NCBI GenBank assembly: GCA_964016885.1 | Contig: OZ024755.1 | Span: 7,378,001 to 7,442,000, forward strand | Source: Eledone cirrhosa | Lineage: Eukaryota | Direction of reading: 5' to 3' | DNA length: 64,000 nucleotides | Shown: positions 1 to 14,491 of the stretch, in pieces | How positions within the stretch are numbered: the first letter of the stretch is position 1 | How the letters are laid out: each line of letters begins with the position of its first letter | Translations under genes and position numbers: made by a program | The notes under the pieces: model-generated | What the model was told of the DNA's origin: nothing | What the model saw: only the letters and a program-made list of their open reading frames with translations | Database searches by the model: none

Positions 1-981
1 ATATGTATATATATATATATATGTATGTATATGTATATATATATATATATGTATATATATGTATATGTATATATATATGTATATATATGTATATATATGT
101 ATATATATGTATATATATATATATGTATATATATGTATATGTATATATATATGTATATGTATATATATGTATATGTATATATATGTATATGTATATATAT
201 GTATATGTATATATATGTATATGTATATATATATATATGTATATATATGTATATATATATATATGTATATATATGTATATATATATATATGTATATATAT
301 GTATATATATATATATGTATATATATGTATATGTATATATATATGTATATGTATATATATATATATGTATATATATGTATATATATATATATGTATATAT
401 ATGTATATATATATATATGTATATATATGTATATATATATATATGTATATATATGTATATATATATATATATGTATATATATGTATATATATATATATGT
501 ATATATATGTATATATATATATATGTATATATATGTATATATATATATATGTATATATATGTATATATATATATATGTATATATATGTATATATATATAT
601 ATGTATATATATTGTATATATATATATATGTATATATATGTATATATATATATATGTATATATATGTATATATATATATATGTATATATATGTATATATA
701 TATATGTATATATATGTATATATATATATATGTATATATATGTATATATATATATATGTATATATATGTATATATATATATATGTATATATATGTATATA
801 TATATATATGTATATATATGTATATATATATATATGTATATATATGTATATATATGTATATGTATATATATGTATATATATATATATGTATATATATGTA
901 TGTATATATATGTATATATATATATGTATATATATATGTATATGTATATATATATGTATATGTATATGTATATATATATGT

Positions 982-1013
<32 letters not shown>

Positions 1014-1804
1014 GTATGTATATGTATATATATATATATATGTATATATATGTATATGTATATATATATGTATATATATGTATATATATGTATATATATG
1101 TATATATATATATATGTATATATATGTATATGTATATATATATGTATATGTATATATATGTATATGTATATATATGTATATGTATATATATATGTATATG
1201 TATATATATGTATATGTATATATATGTATATGTATATATATATATATGTATATATATGTATATATATATATATGTATATATATGTATATATATATATATG
1301 TATATATATGTATATATATATATATGTATATATATGTATATGTATATATATATGTATATGTATATATATATATATGTATATATATGTATATATATATATA
1401 TGTATATATATGTATATATATATATATGTATATATATGTATATATATATATATGTATATATATGTATATATATATATATATGTATATATATGTATATATA
1501 TATATATGTATATATATGTATATATATATATATGTATATATATGTATATATATATATATGTATATATATGTATATATATATATATGTATATATATGTATA
1601 TATATATATATGTATATATATGTATATATATATATATGTATATATATGTATATATATATATATGTATATATATGTATATATATATATATGTATATATATG
1701 TATATATATATATATGTATATATATGTATATATATATATATGTATATATATGTATATATATATATATGTATATATATGTATATATATATATATGTATATA
1801 TATG

Positions 1805-1835
<31 letters not shown>

Positions 1836-1970
1836 GTATATATATGTATATATATATATATGTATATATATGTATATATATGTATATGTATGTATATGTA
1901 TATATATGTATATATATATATATGTATATATATGTATATATATGTATATATATATATATGTATATATATG

Positions 1971-2031
<61 letters not shown>

Positions 2032-2299
2032 GTATATATATGTATATGTATGTATATGTATGTATATATATGTATATGTATATATATGTATATATATATA
2101 TATGTATATGTATATATATGTATATATATATATATGTATATGTATATATATGTATATATATATGTATGTATATGTATATATATGTATATATATATATATG
2201 TATATATATGTATATATATATATATGTATATATATGTATATATATATATATATGTATATATATGTATATATATGTATATATATATATTGTATATATATG

Positions 2300-2330
<31 letters not shown>

Positions 2331-2695
2331 GTATATATATGTATATATATATATATGTATATATATGTATATGTATGTATATGTATATATATGTGTATGT
2401 ATATGTATATATATATGTATGTATATGTATATATATGTGTATGTATATGTATATATATATGTATGTATATGTATATATATGTGTATATATATGTATATAT
2501 ATGTATATATATGTATGTATGTATATATATGTATGTATATGTATATGTATATGTATGTATGTATATATATGTATGTATATGTATATATATGTATGTATGT
2601 ATATGTATATATATGTATATATATGTATATATATGTATATGTATATATATGTATGTATATATATGTATATATATGTATATATATGTATATATATG

Positions 2696-2730
<35 letters not shown>

Positions 2731-2832
2731 GTATATGTATGTATATGTATGTATATGTATATGTATGTATATGTATGTATATGTATATGTATGTATATGT
2801 ATGTATGTACATGTATATGTATATATATATGT

Positions 2833-2864
<32 letters not shown>

Positions 2865-3335
2865 GTGTATATGTATATATATATATATGTATAATGTTTA
2901 TCTATATGTGTATATGTATATATATGTATATGTTTATCTATATGTGTATATGTATATATATATGTTTATCTATATGTGTATATGTATATATATATGTATA
3001 TGTTTATCTATATATGTTTATCTATATATGTATATCTATATATGTATATCTATATATGTATATCTATATATGTATATCTATATATGTATATCTATATATG
3101 TATATCTATATATGTATATCTATATATGTATATCTATATATGTATATCTATATATGCATATCTATATATGCATATTTATATATGTATATTTATATATGTA
3201 TATTTATATATGTATATTTATATATGTATATTTATATATGTATATTTATATATGTATATTTATATATGTATATTTATATATGTATATCTATATATGTATA
3301 TCTATATATGCATATTTATATATGTATATTTATAT
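1..3335. repeat. Long compound (TA)n/TATATG microsatellite grading into a 14-bp unit
   Basis: Directly visible; source of the IYIY/VYMC ORFs. Confidence 0.97.
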
Positions 3336-4942
3336 AAAAAAAACTTTCAACGTTATTATATGTAAGAACATATGTTCTAAATTCCAGATAAATGAGATAT
3401 TTACGATACTAAATCATTAAAAATTCTTGATTAATTTCGAAATTAATTGGTGTTTTTCATTAGACATATAGTAATGAAGGGGTCAATACACATTGTGTTA
3501 CAGTTGTGTAATTATTACTTATTCTTACCAGGACGGTGCATTGGCAGTATCGGTTTAGTGTCAGGCACCATGCTTTGCAGCATAGGAGTTATGGCTCTTT
3601 ACGTTCTGAGTTCAAATCCCGTCGAGGTTAACTTTGCCTTTCATTAAAATAAAGTACCAGTCACACGCCTTTCCCCTCCGCCAAAATTGCTGGCCTTATG
3701 CCTATATAAGAAACCGTTATTTATTCTTACCCCCCCCCCTAGTTTATATGTCACAGCATGGCCTAAATAGTTAAGAATATTACTATGCAATCATAAAGAT
3801 TCGTGTTCGATCCCATTACAATCTTGGGCAAGTTTGATTTATCTTAGTAACTTACTTACTTATTAGTTTAAAAAAACGAGCCTCTACGAGAAAGCACTGA
3901 TTTGCTAGATGGAGCAGCTAAATTTCCCTCAAACCACACGTTGTTGTTTTAAACAGTCTTTTATTAGTGTTTTAGTTAATTCGGAAAAATTACTGAATAT
4001 ATTTAATAAAATTATGAATCACCGTATATTCATCACGTCCCTTTACGGTCTGAGTTCAAATCCCGCCGAGGTTAACTTTGCCTTTCATCCTTACGAGGTC
4101 GATAAAATAAAGTACCTGTAATGCACTGGTTATTGCTGGCCTTTTGCCAAAAGTAGAAACAATTATATGTTCTAGATGGAGATAATTGTTATCACATCAG
4201 TTATAATGTGTTGTAACATTACTTTCAGCTATCTCTATTGAGTTCAAATCCAAACTTCACTGTATTTGAGCTTTCGGCTTCCTTAAAGAAAGTACCACCC
4301 TGTGCTGGTACTGCCCCTTTTCTTCCCTAGTTCTTATATTCTAGATGTTTCCCTGGATATAGGATTATATATAGTCTTGAGAGGATGTCTATGTTTGCTT
4401 ACAACTACACGAGCACTGAAATGTATGATACACCCTACCAAGTCATTTTCGATTGCCGATGACGGCTGTAGTATATTTCATACTACAACATAAAGATTTA
4501 TCCTGCAAAATAAATATATATGTAAATAAATAATCAATGTGTTCAACACAGCAATATGAATTAATAAAAACGAGAAACTAAAATAGAAATTTAAAAGGAA
4601 AAATATAATTTCTACATAGGATAAAGCTTATACAGAAAACTGATTAGAGTTTCCAAAGAACAGGTTTACATATAAGTCTTACTTTAAAATGTTAAACATG
4701 ACAAACTGTGTGTTTGTGACAAATACATAGCGTGACTCCAGTTAGTTTGACACAGATAATATTATACATACATCTATATTGAATATGTGGAGCTGTGTTT
4801 GTCCTCTTTGGAACTGTTGCTATGAAATCAATAATGCTAACGGGGAAAAAAAGGTTACGTCAAAATGAGAAATTTCTACGTAAATAATTTTCTATAAGAT
4901 TTGCACTTCAAAATAATATACAAATAACACATTTATTTATGT

Positions 4943-4996
<54 letters not shown>

Positions 4997-5265
4997 ATCT
5001 CTCTCACTCTCGCTCTCCCATCTCTCCCATCTCTCTCTCGCTCTCCCATCTCTCTCTCTCTTGCTCTCCCCTATCTCTCTCTCTCGCTCTCCCGATCTCT
5101 CTCTTGCTCTCCCCCATCTCTCTCTCTCTCTCTCGCTCTCCCCATCTCTCTCTCTCTCTCTCTCTCATCATTATTTTCCACGTGTGAATTTTAGGTTGTC
5201 ATTGTATATTTCTCTATTTCCAATGTGCTTATATATATGTGGCTATACATACTTCTATATATATA

Positions 5266-5314
<49 letters not shown>

Positions 5315-7012
5315 ATATATGTATGTATATTTGTATATAAGCCAGTAATGTAGACAAAATATTGATGTAAACAGCCACCATGAATATCAATTATTATATA
5401 TCTACAAGCTATATATACATATGTGTAGGTGTTTACATGCATATACATAAATATTTGTATGTGCATGAATGACTGGATGTATATGTGTTTATAAAAATTG
5501 ATATAAAATATATACGTGCGTGTGTGAGTGCTCGTATAGCGGTGTGTATCCTTGTATATATAAATGTATGTGTATATAACTTCATTTTAAGACTCTACCT
5601 TAAGAAATATTTCCGATATATCAACGTGACATTCAGTTGGCAACGTGTAATCCTACCTTCATATGTAAATGTATATTTCATACTGGAGATATTGCTGTTG
5701 AGCTAAAACATAACCCAGATCATTCCTAATCAAAATAATCGATATTTCTATCTGAACTGTTCATTGGAATCAATAATGAATAACAATAACCCTTTCCTGG
5801 TGTCCCACAATATCTAGTTTCAAAATATGTTTGAATTAGCGCATGTATGTAATAGAGATGCAGGCATGGGTGTATGGTGAAGGAGAGAGTTTTGCCGAAA
5901 GGACAATAAAACATATCAAACAGATAGTGACAGCACTAACACTACGTGTTAAAATAACTGTTTATACTTTTGGCACAAGGCCAGCAATTACCCAGTGCAT
6001 TACTGGTACTTTATTTTATCGACCCCGTAAGGATGAACGGCAAAGTTAACCTCAGCGGGATTTGAACTCAGAATGGCAAGGGCCGTAATTCTATGCGTCA
6101 AAAATTTGGGCTAAGTTTCGTAGAACCCGAGGGGATTTGGAGTGGTGGGGTATATAGGAAAAGGGTGAAATTAGATACTAAAAATAAAAGTGGTGACCGT
6201 GCTAATTCGAAGTTTGTAATTTGTACAAATAATATCAATTTTCAACGTGTTGCATTTTTAGCATCTATAATACGTCTATCGATGACAAATCAATTATTTT
6301 CCAATTAGAAAATTTGGAATTTCCTCAATCTATGTGTAATCTGTCCGCTTTTGAACAACATTGATTTATTAAGAAGCCCCGTTTTAGCTGACTGAATATT
6401 GATGCAACATTTAAATACATATTGATCGGAGACTACACGTATTGATCACTGCTATCAGTCAACCACCATAAACATTTTTTCACAGATCGATATCGATCGC
6501 TGGTTCTAATGATCAGCAGTTTTTGCAGGTCAACTATAAATAAGCAAACGTTCTAGTTTGAAATTCCAGATGACTTAGAATCCTAACGTAAAGCTATTAA
6601 AGTATGTATAGACGTTAAGGAAGAAAAGAATTTGGTATAAACATTGACTATCTGGTTAAGTTCACATCAGATCCACCAGATGTCCAGTTTAGTCCCACTA
6701 GGACACGTGAGTTCTACAATAAGCCTTGCTTTTACTTAAGGTCTGGGTGAAATATAGATGAAAGAAACCACACGGAAGCGAATATATATAAATGTATGTA
6801 TATACTGCATAGAAATTACTTCCACATGATCAGAACTGCTTCATTCGTTTGAAATAATCAGGAATGTCCTGATGATTTCATTAGAATTAAACAGTTCTGG
6901 TCTTGTAGAAGTAATTTCTATATTAAATATATTTGCTTAACCTCTAACGTATTTGACTGTGATTATTTCCCATTCTCCTTCGTGATACCATCTTTATATA
7001 TATATATATATA

Positions 7013-7421
7013 TTAATTCAAAATATTAACAAAATAGATATTCTATGAGAAAATGAGAAAACGTAATACAAACAATAGAGAGAGTGTGAATAATATATTT
7101 TAAGAAATACATGTTCTCAATACTAGGGTATGAATATTGAGTTTTGTCATAAGTTAATCAGTACCTTGATTAAATCTTAACATACCCTGACATGGTAGAT
7201 GGTTATGTATCATTTTATTTTATCTGATGAGGACGTACTGTTGAACTTAATTCAGTACCTCTGAAATATGTATAATAAAATATAATTGATCACAAGAATA
7301 TCTATTTTGTTAATATTTTGAATTAAAATTAATAACTCTGGAAAATTATTTAACTGTAGAGTGCTTCCAATCTATTGTAAAACTCATTCTTTGATGTATT
7401 CATTGAATCTTGTTTAACTCT

Positions 7422-7422
<1 letters not shown>
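7013..7422 (+). mobile_element. PLE-like pLTR remnant with a 32-bp inverted 5' segment and a hammerhead-like motif
   Basis: 7013-7044 is the exact reverse complement of 7295-7326. CTGATGA at 7224, GTACTG/CAGTAC stem, GAAATATGTA at 7263. (TA)n on both sides. Confidence 0.6.
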
Positions 7423-7482
<60 letters not shown>

Positions 7483-8029
7483 ATATATATATATAAATAT
7501 ATATATATATTCTCCAGCCAAATTTTGAGTAAGAAAGATGGAAGAAAACCTACTCGAAAATATGATTTGAATTTTAAATCTTTAAATTTTAGTTTTTAAC
7601 TCCTATTAATTCTTTTTAATTTTTATTTCAATACTCAACATGTGATAAGATATTTTTTTAATAATACATTGAAACCGGTAATACTTTATATACTTTATAT
7701 ACTTTATATATATTATATACTTTATATACATTATAAAACTTTTTTTTAAAAAGAATTGTCCCTCTCATTTTTTCAATAATGTTATCTTTTCAATAATATC
7801 ACTTTGACGAATCAAGGAAACGTTAAAAAAAGAAAAACAGACCCTTAAATGTATTTTCCGTGCTATTTCCAACTTCACCTTTTCTCTATATCCACTGTTT
7901 TGTGTGTGTGTGGAACACCTTTGATCATAACTACTTTTCACCAGTGCCAAATTACTTGAGCTACTACTACTACTCTGTACGTGCTTAGCTGTCTGTTTCA
8001 AAATATTTGGTCCACAATTATAACCAACA

Positions 8030-9290
8030 TCTGTAGTGTCTGTTGACAAGATATTTATAATAACCAACAACTGTAGAATGTCTGGTGATAAGATATTTAT
8101 GAATTACTAACATCTGTAGAGAAACTGTTGGCAAGATATGTATATATTTCTTACATATATAGTGTCTGTTGACAAGATATGTATATATTTCTTACATATA
8201 TAGTGTCTGTTGACAAAATATTTATATATTTCTTACATATATAGTGTCTGTTGACAAGATATGTATATATTTCTTACATATATAGCGTCTGTTGACAAAA
8301 TATGTATATATTTCTTACATATATAGTGTCTGTTGACAAGACAGGTATATATTTCTTACATATATAGTGTCTGTTGACAAGATATGTATATATTTCTTAC
8401 ATATATAGTGTCTGTTGACAAGACAGGTATATATTTCTTACATATATAGTGTCTGTTGACAAAATATGTATATATTTCTTACATATATAGTGTCTGTTGA
8501 CAAGATATGTATATATTTCTTACATATATAGTGTCTGTTGACAAGATATTTATATATTTCTTACATATATAGTGTCTGTTGACAAGATATTTATATATTT
8601 CTTACATATATAGTGTCTGTTGACAAGATATGTATATATTTCTTACATATATAGTGTCTGTTGACAAGATATTTATATATTTCTTACATATATAGTGTCT
8701 GTTGACAAGATATTTATATATTTCTTACATATATAGTGTCTGTTGACAAGATAAGAATATATGTCTTACATATATAGTGTCTGTTGACAAGATATGTATA
8801 TATTTCTTACATATATAGTGTCTGTTGACAAGATATTTATATATTTCTTACATATATAGTGTCTGTTGACAAGATAGATATATATTTCTTACATATATAG
8901 TGTCTGTTGACAAGATAGATATATATTTCTTACATATATAGTGTCTGTTGACAAGATAGATATATATTTCTTACATATATAGTGTCTGTTGACAAGATAG
9001 ATATATATTTCTTACATATATAGTGTCTGTTGACAAGATAGATATATATTTCTTACATATATAGTGTCTGTTGACAAGATAGATATACATTTCTTACATC
9101 TATAGTGTCTGTTGACAAGATATGTATATATTTCTTACATATATAGTGTCTGTTGACAAGATATGTATATATTTCTTTCATATATAGTGTCTGTTGACAA
9201 GATAGATATATATATAGTGTCTATTGAAAAAATATTTATATATTTCTTATATCTGTAGTGTCTGTTGACAAGATAAGTATATATTTCTTG
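8030..9290. repeat. 41-bp minisatellite, about 30 copies
   Basis: Unit atatatagtgtctgttgacaagatatgtatatatttcttac; agtgtc recurs at 8161 and 8202. Confidence 0.95.
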
Positions 9291-10122
9291 CTAATCCAAT
9301 ACTTCTATTGTTGATATCATCACAGAAATATTAGATTTGACACTCTCATCGGTTCTATGTGCACTTTCCCATGCTTTGAACTGGTTGGACATAATTCCGT
9401 ATCTATTAAGTATTAAACGTTAATTGATCTGCCTGTGATAGGGTAAGGAATGAAATTTGATAGTTTGTCTCGAGATTTTTCCTCCGATTTTTTTCACCCT
9501 CGACGTTTTTCACCCTCGATGTTTTTCCAGAGGTATTTGACTTATGATATATGTAGAACCTGATATATTTTTATTATTTTCATTTGTGCTACCACCTTTG
9601 CTAATTCACCTGTTTCCTTGTTTTCCTTAAAGCATTATTATATGCGTTAATACGTTATAACTAGTCTATGGTGTACTTAAATATATTATAAACAGACGAG
9701 AACATCTGAGTAAGAGGCTGGACAGACAAATTGGTCGTAAATAAAGTATCGTATTTAATTTAAAAGGAAAATTGATTTTCAATAATCGATATTGTTCTTC
9801 AGATCGGAAACACTGTTTTAGTTGCCCTGGAAATATGACACCTCATTAAAAGTGTGGCGTAAATAATCACACAGACACATTCATACACAGACACACATAC
9901 ATACACGGACACATTCACATATAGACAAATACACATACGTATACGCACATAAACAAAGTAATTATTTATGTCACTACAATTGTGTGTATGTATGTGTTGG
10001 TATGTATGTGTATCTATATATGTGTGTGTGAGACTATATATATGCATTTATATGTGTGTATACACACACGCACACACACACATACATAATCACACACATA
10101 TTATACACTCATACACAGACAT

Positions 10123-10161
<39 letters not shown>

Positions 10162-10768
10162 TGCACACAGACGTAGATGCACACAAAAAGATAATTCCGT
10201 TACAGTAGCACTATATTGTTGTTAATAATTAATTAATATTAACTATTTCAGACCTGGTCTATCGAGTTACTTTAACTGACTTTTATAAAATCTTAAATGC
10301 TCCTTTGTACTTCCTATGCAAGCTTCTGCATAGCCCTGCTAACTTAACTTCAACTATGTATCTATATTAGTCCCAGGTTCAATCAGGGATATCTACAGTT
10401 AGGGGATGTATTCAGTATCTTACTATCTAACTCACCGGGGGAGTTTCAGACCCGTCAGGGTTCCCTCAACCTGGTTCGGCCCGCCAGCCAAGGCGGTTTA
10501 CCAGGGTGTAGCCGCTGTCGCAGCTGCCCCAAGCGACTTAGGTCTGTTCCCCTGTCCCCCACTGTCCCCTGCAAGTCAAGGATAGGCTCCACAGCCACCT
10601 TCGTGCCCAAGGCAGACAGGAACTAAAATAAAGAAGATATCAGCATCGTTTACGATGGACAACCAAGTGAGACATTAGTAGGGGCCTTTCCTGATGATTT
10701 ATACTGATTCCTGTGAGTGCACAGGTGGAACTCCAGAGAATCAAGACTCACCATTTAGCTATAAAGAA

Positions 10769-10801
<33 letters not shown>

Positions 10802-11721
10802 ACACACACATACACGCACATCTATAGGGAATGTGTATAGCTGTAATACATAATCCCAAATGATTATATCGTATATTACATCTATACACACGCAGTTACT
10901 TCGAATGTGTGTGTGAGTACGTACAGAGCACACACACACTCTCTCCCCCTCTCCACACACACCACGGGCATACACACAATTCCACTCAAAACATATTGTT
11001 CAGTAGACACTAGCTTCAGGTAACATGCAATAGGATCGTACCTGGCTAGGTGTGCCTGGAAAGCATACTTGTTAACCCCACGAAAGGTTAAAATTATTTC
11101 TCCTCAAAATATGCCTCCGCCACATTTTCTGTACAAGAAATTTACTATTTTTAAATATTTTTGCTGGGAGATAATATTTAACTCTAGAATTAAGTGGTTT
11201 TAAGCAACCAACAGTTATAATGAACGTAGTATGGTTTTATCATTATATAATTACAATTTACTTTACTACTTATCATCTACAACTTGATGATTCTTTACAA
11301 CATAACATTGACTATGACAAACTTATGTCGTAGAAGTACCCATCATAATCATGAACTCTAGGATTCGATCACACTCCGTGGTATATTTCTTTGGCTGCAG
11401 GCTGACCGCGGAACTGAATTTGGGAAGACGGGGAAACTTTTTGAAAGATTGTCAAATAAATTTGAGCTTTGTAAATCAAAGGTTCAGATTTGTTGTACAC
11501 TGCATCATGCTGAATCTCCCCGAGAATTACGTTGAAGATACAGATATCTGTGGAATACTCAACCACACACTTTAATTTAACGAGTAGTCCTTCCTTTAGT
11601 AAAAAAAAAAAAAAAAAAATGCACACTCCCCCGTCCAAACCGACAGAGATCTGTTTATCATATTTATGTGTATGTAATTGTTTTCTAACTAATACTTTCT
11701 CTATTCTGTTGGTCCTTCTAG

Positions 11722-11841
11722 GTGCTCAATGTAATCAAGAAATTGTAGAGAACATACAATGGTCTCGTACTCCAGCCGACAATAACGTGAATGTAACCTG
11801 CCCAGGCCAAGAAGATTTGGAAGGAACAAATGCAACCGTTG
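11722..11841 (+). CDS. Adhesion GPCR exon A (HormR domain, N-half), phase 1-1
   Basis: Polypyrimidine tract and ctag| acceptor; G|gtatgt donor. Encodes AQCNQEIVENIQWSRTPADNNVNVTCPGQEDLEGTNATV, matching the HormR pattern C..E...I.W..T.......CP. Confidence 0.88.
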
Positions 11842-12252
11842 GTATGTACGCGCTAATACATGATTTAATCAAACGTTAATAAGCATTACGAGGTTTTCAA
11901 CCACCGCAATAAACACCAGGTGCAAGCAGTATTAGGCAATTTTCCCCTGCTAAAGTCTCTTGATTATTCTTGTGCTTGTCATGACAAGCTATATACTTAT
12001 CATGGAGTTATTTTCGGGCAATGTTTTATAGCCGGATTCTCATGGTTTTCAGCCATTTCTTACGATACGCAGGGATGCGGTTAGCAGTAAATGGATATTA
12101 AATTTCACCATTTTTTTGTGATAAATTCGTTCCATGACTGAAAACAATATTATGAGTTTTCAATAAAATATTTATTCAACTCTTTCCCATTTAAATGGGA
12201 AAATATTTCGGGTATAGGAGAAATGTATTCAGAAATAAATTCATTCTCGTGT

Positions 12253-12336
<84 letters not shown>

Positions 12337-12599
12337 GTGTGTGTGTGTATATATATGTAATATATACGAATAAAAGCAAGATGAAATATGCTAGGAATTG
12401 AATATATTTCTGAATAAATAATCCAGTGGTTCTCTTTTATTTTATTTTCCCTGGTTTTAAAAATAGAGAAAGGTAGTAAATAGACATGACCAGACATAAC
12501 TAAATTATTCAGAAATTCATATTAAAATATATTTTCATGCTGAGAATGTTCGTAAAAAAACTATATCAGCGAAAATAACATACGCACACAAATGCATGC

Positions 12600-12638
<39 letters not shown>

Positions 12639-12677
12639 CACACACACACATATGTATATATATATATGTATATATAT

Positions 12678-12720
<43 letters not shown>

Positions 12721-12779
12721 TATATATATATATTTATATATATATACATACACACACACACACACATATATATATATAC

Positions 12780-12846
<67 letters not shown>

Positions 12847-13134
12847 AAGAGAGAGGGTTTTATGTATGAAACAGATACACCCCCATATGTATATACATAG
12901 CAAAGATAGTCGGTTACCGTGTTCGACTCAAGACGCGGGTTCGATTGCCGGTGGAGCGTTTTGTTTGTGGGAATATCGCTTTATTTGAAGTTCTTTCAGT
13001 TAACTCAGCTCGCCAATATATATATACGCACGTTTCAATGCGGTTATAATGTCATATATTTTATCACACACACACATATATATATATCCAATTCTAACCC
13101 GCCCATCCCCTCAATCTATCTTATTTCTCATTTT

Positions 13135-13170
13135 TCTTCTGATGAAGGACAAGAGTCCGAAACGTTAAGA
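13135..13170 (+). ncRNA. Minimal hammerhead motif (PLE-type)
   Basis: UCUU-CUGAUGA-A-GGAC-AAGA-GUCC-GAAA-CG-UU^AAGA, with palindromic ACGU in place of stem III. A related, G12-mutated copy lies at 41979-42006. Confidence 0.6.
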
Positions 13171-13336
13171 TCCTTTTCCTGCTATTTCAAGCGTTAACCT
13201 AATATATCCCTTCCATATACTGTACCGATTGTGTTGTTATTTCTGTTTACCTTTTACATATTCATACATACATACATTCATACATACATACATTCATACA
13301 TACATACATTCATACATACATACATACATACATACA

Positions 13337-13372
<36 letters not shown>

Positions 13373-13639
13373 GTAATAATAATAAATTTGAAGACTAAAA
13401 TCCAAAGAGGGCTCGATAAGGATAAATATATAGCAAATATATATGAACCGGAGAGCAAATATTTTTTCCCGTTCTTTGCCAGGGAACGTTTCCACGAACC
13501 AAAGTATCGTCTTCCTGTCTTCCTCCGGTTGCAAGGTTTTTTGAAATATTCACTTCTGCGTTCACAGATTGACTTTGTTAGTTTCAGAAGATCCTGTTAA
13601 GGGTGAAAGCAGCGATTCTTTGCTTAAACTTTAATCTGT

Positions 13640-13719
<80 letters not shown>

Positions 13720-13834
13720 ATATTATATATATATATATAGTGGTCTACTTGCCGCGTTTTTGTACACGGGTATATAAATGAACGACTATGCAATATAACA
13801 TTTTCTGACATCTGTTGTTGTCTTCTATTATCAG

Positions 13835-13941
13835 ACTCTGCAATCCGACCTTGTATGAGAACAGCAGACAACAACGGTGAATGGGGAGACCCTATTATTG
13901 ATGGGTGCATATCCCTTTCACTTCTGGAGCTGAAAAATGAG
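13835..13941 (+). CDS. Adhesion GPCR exon B (HormR domain, C-half), phase 1-0
   Basis: tcttctattatcag| acceptor; GAG|gtgagt donor. In frame with exon A: DSAIRPCMRTADNNGEWGDPIIDGCISLSLLELKNE (A.R.C.....G.W..P....C motif). Confidence 0.9.
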
Positions 13942-14139
13942 GTGAGTTGAGTTACTGTTTTCTGGTCGTTTTTTCAGGTTAATTACACCCAGCAGGTTGT
14001 TTCATTAATCGATCAATTGGAACAGTGGTTGTTGTAACAGACGGAGATCCCAAACCTAAGACTTCCTATCGTAATATTTTACTCTCACAGATTGTCTTCT
14101 CTGCTGTGTTCACCACACACAGCCAGTTTATTTTGTTTT

Positions 14140-14178
<39 letters not shown>

Positions 14179-14376
14179 CTCTCTCTCTTTCTTTCTCTCT
14201 CTCTTTCTTTCTCTCTCTTCTTCTCTCTTCTCTCTCTCTTTCTTTCTCTCTCTCTTTCTTTCTCTCTCTCTCTTTCTTTCTCTTTCTTTCTTTCTCTCTC
14301 TCTTTCTTTCTCTCTCTCTTTCTTCCTCTCTCTCTCTCTCTCTTTCTTTCTCTCTCTCTTACTTTCTCTTTCTCTT

Positions 14377-14407
<31 letters not shown>

Positions 14408-14446
14408 TTCTCTCTTTCTTTCTCTCTCTTTCTCTCTCTCTCTCTT

Positions 14447-14491
<45 letters not shown>

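Noticed and set aside
3-3420. ORFs of ~1000 aa (IYIYVYM...) and similar ones at 14025, 18000, 20100, 23700, 25300, 57200
   Set aside because: Translations of (TA)n, (CA)n and (CT)n microsatellites that simply lack stop codons.
4345-4462. Possible upstream exon (CFPGYRI..., sushi-like)
   Set aside because: Acceptor is plausible, but there is no good donor before the stop and no further domain residues.
8030-9290. CRISPR-like regular array
   Set aside because: Units are contiguous with no unique spacers, there are no cas genes, and the context is eukaryotic; it is a minisatellite.
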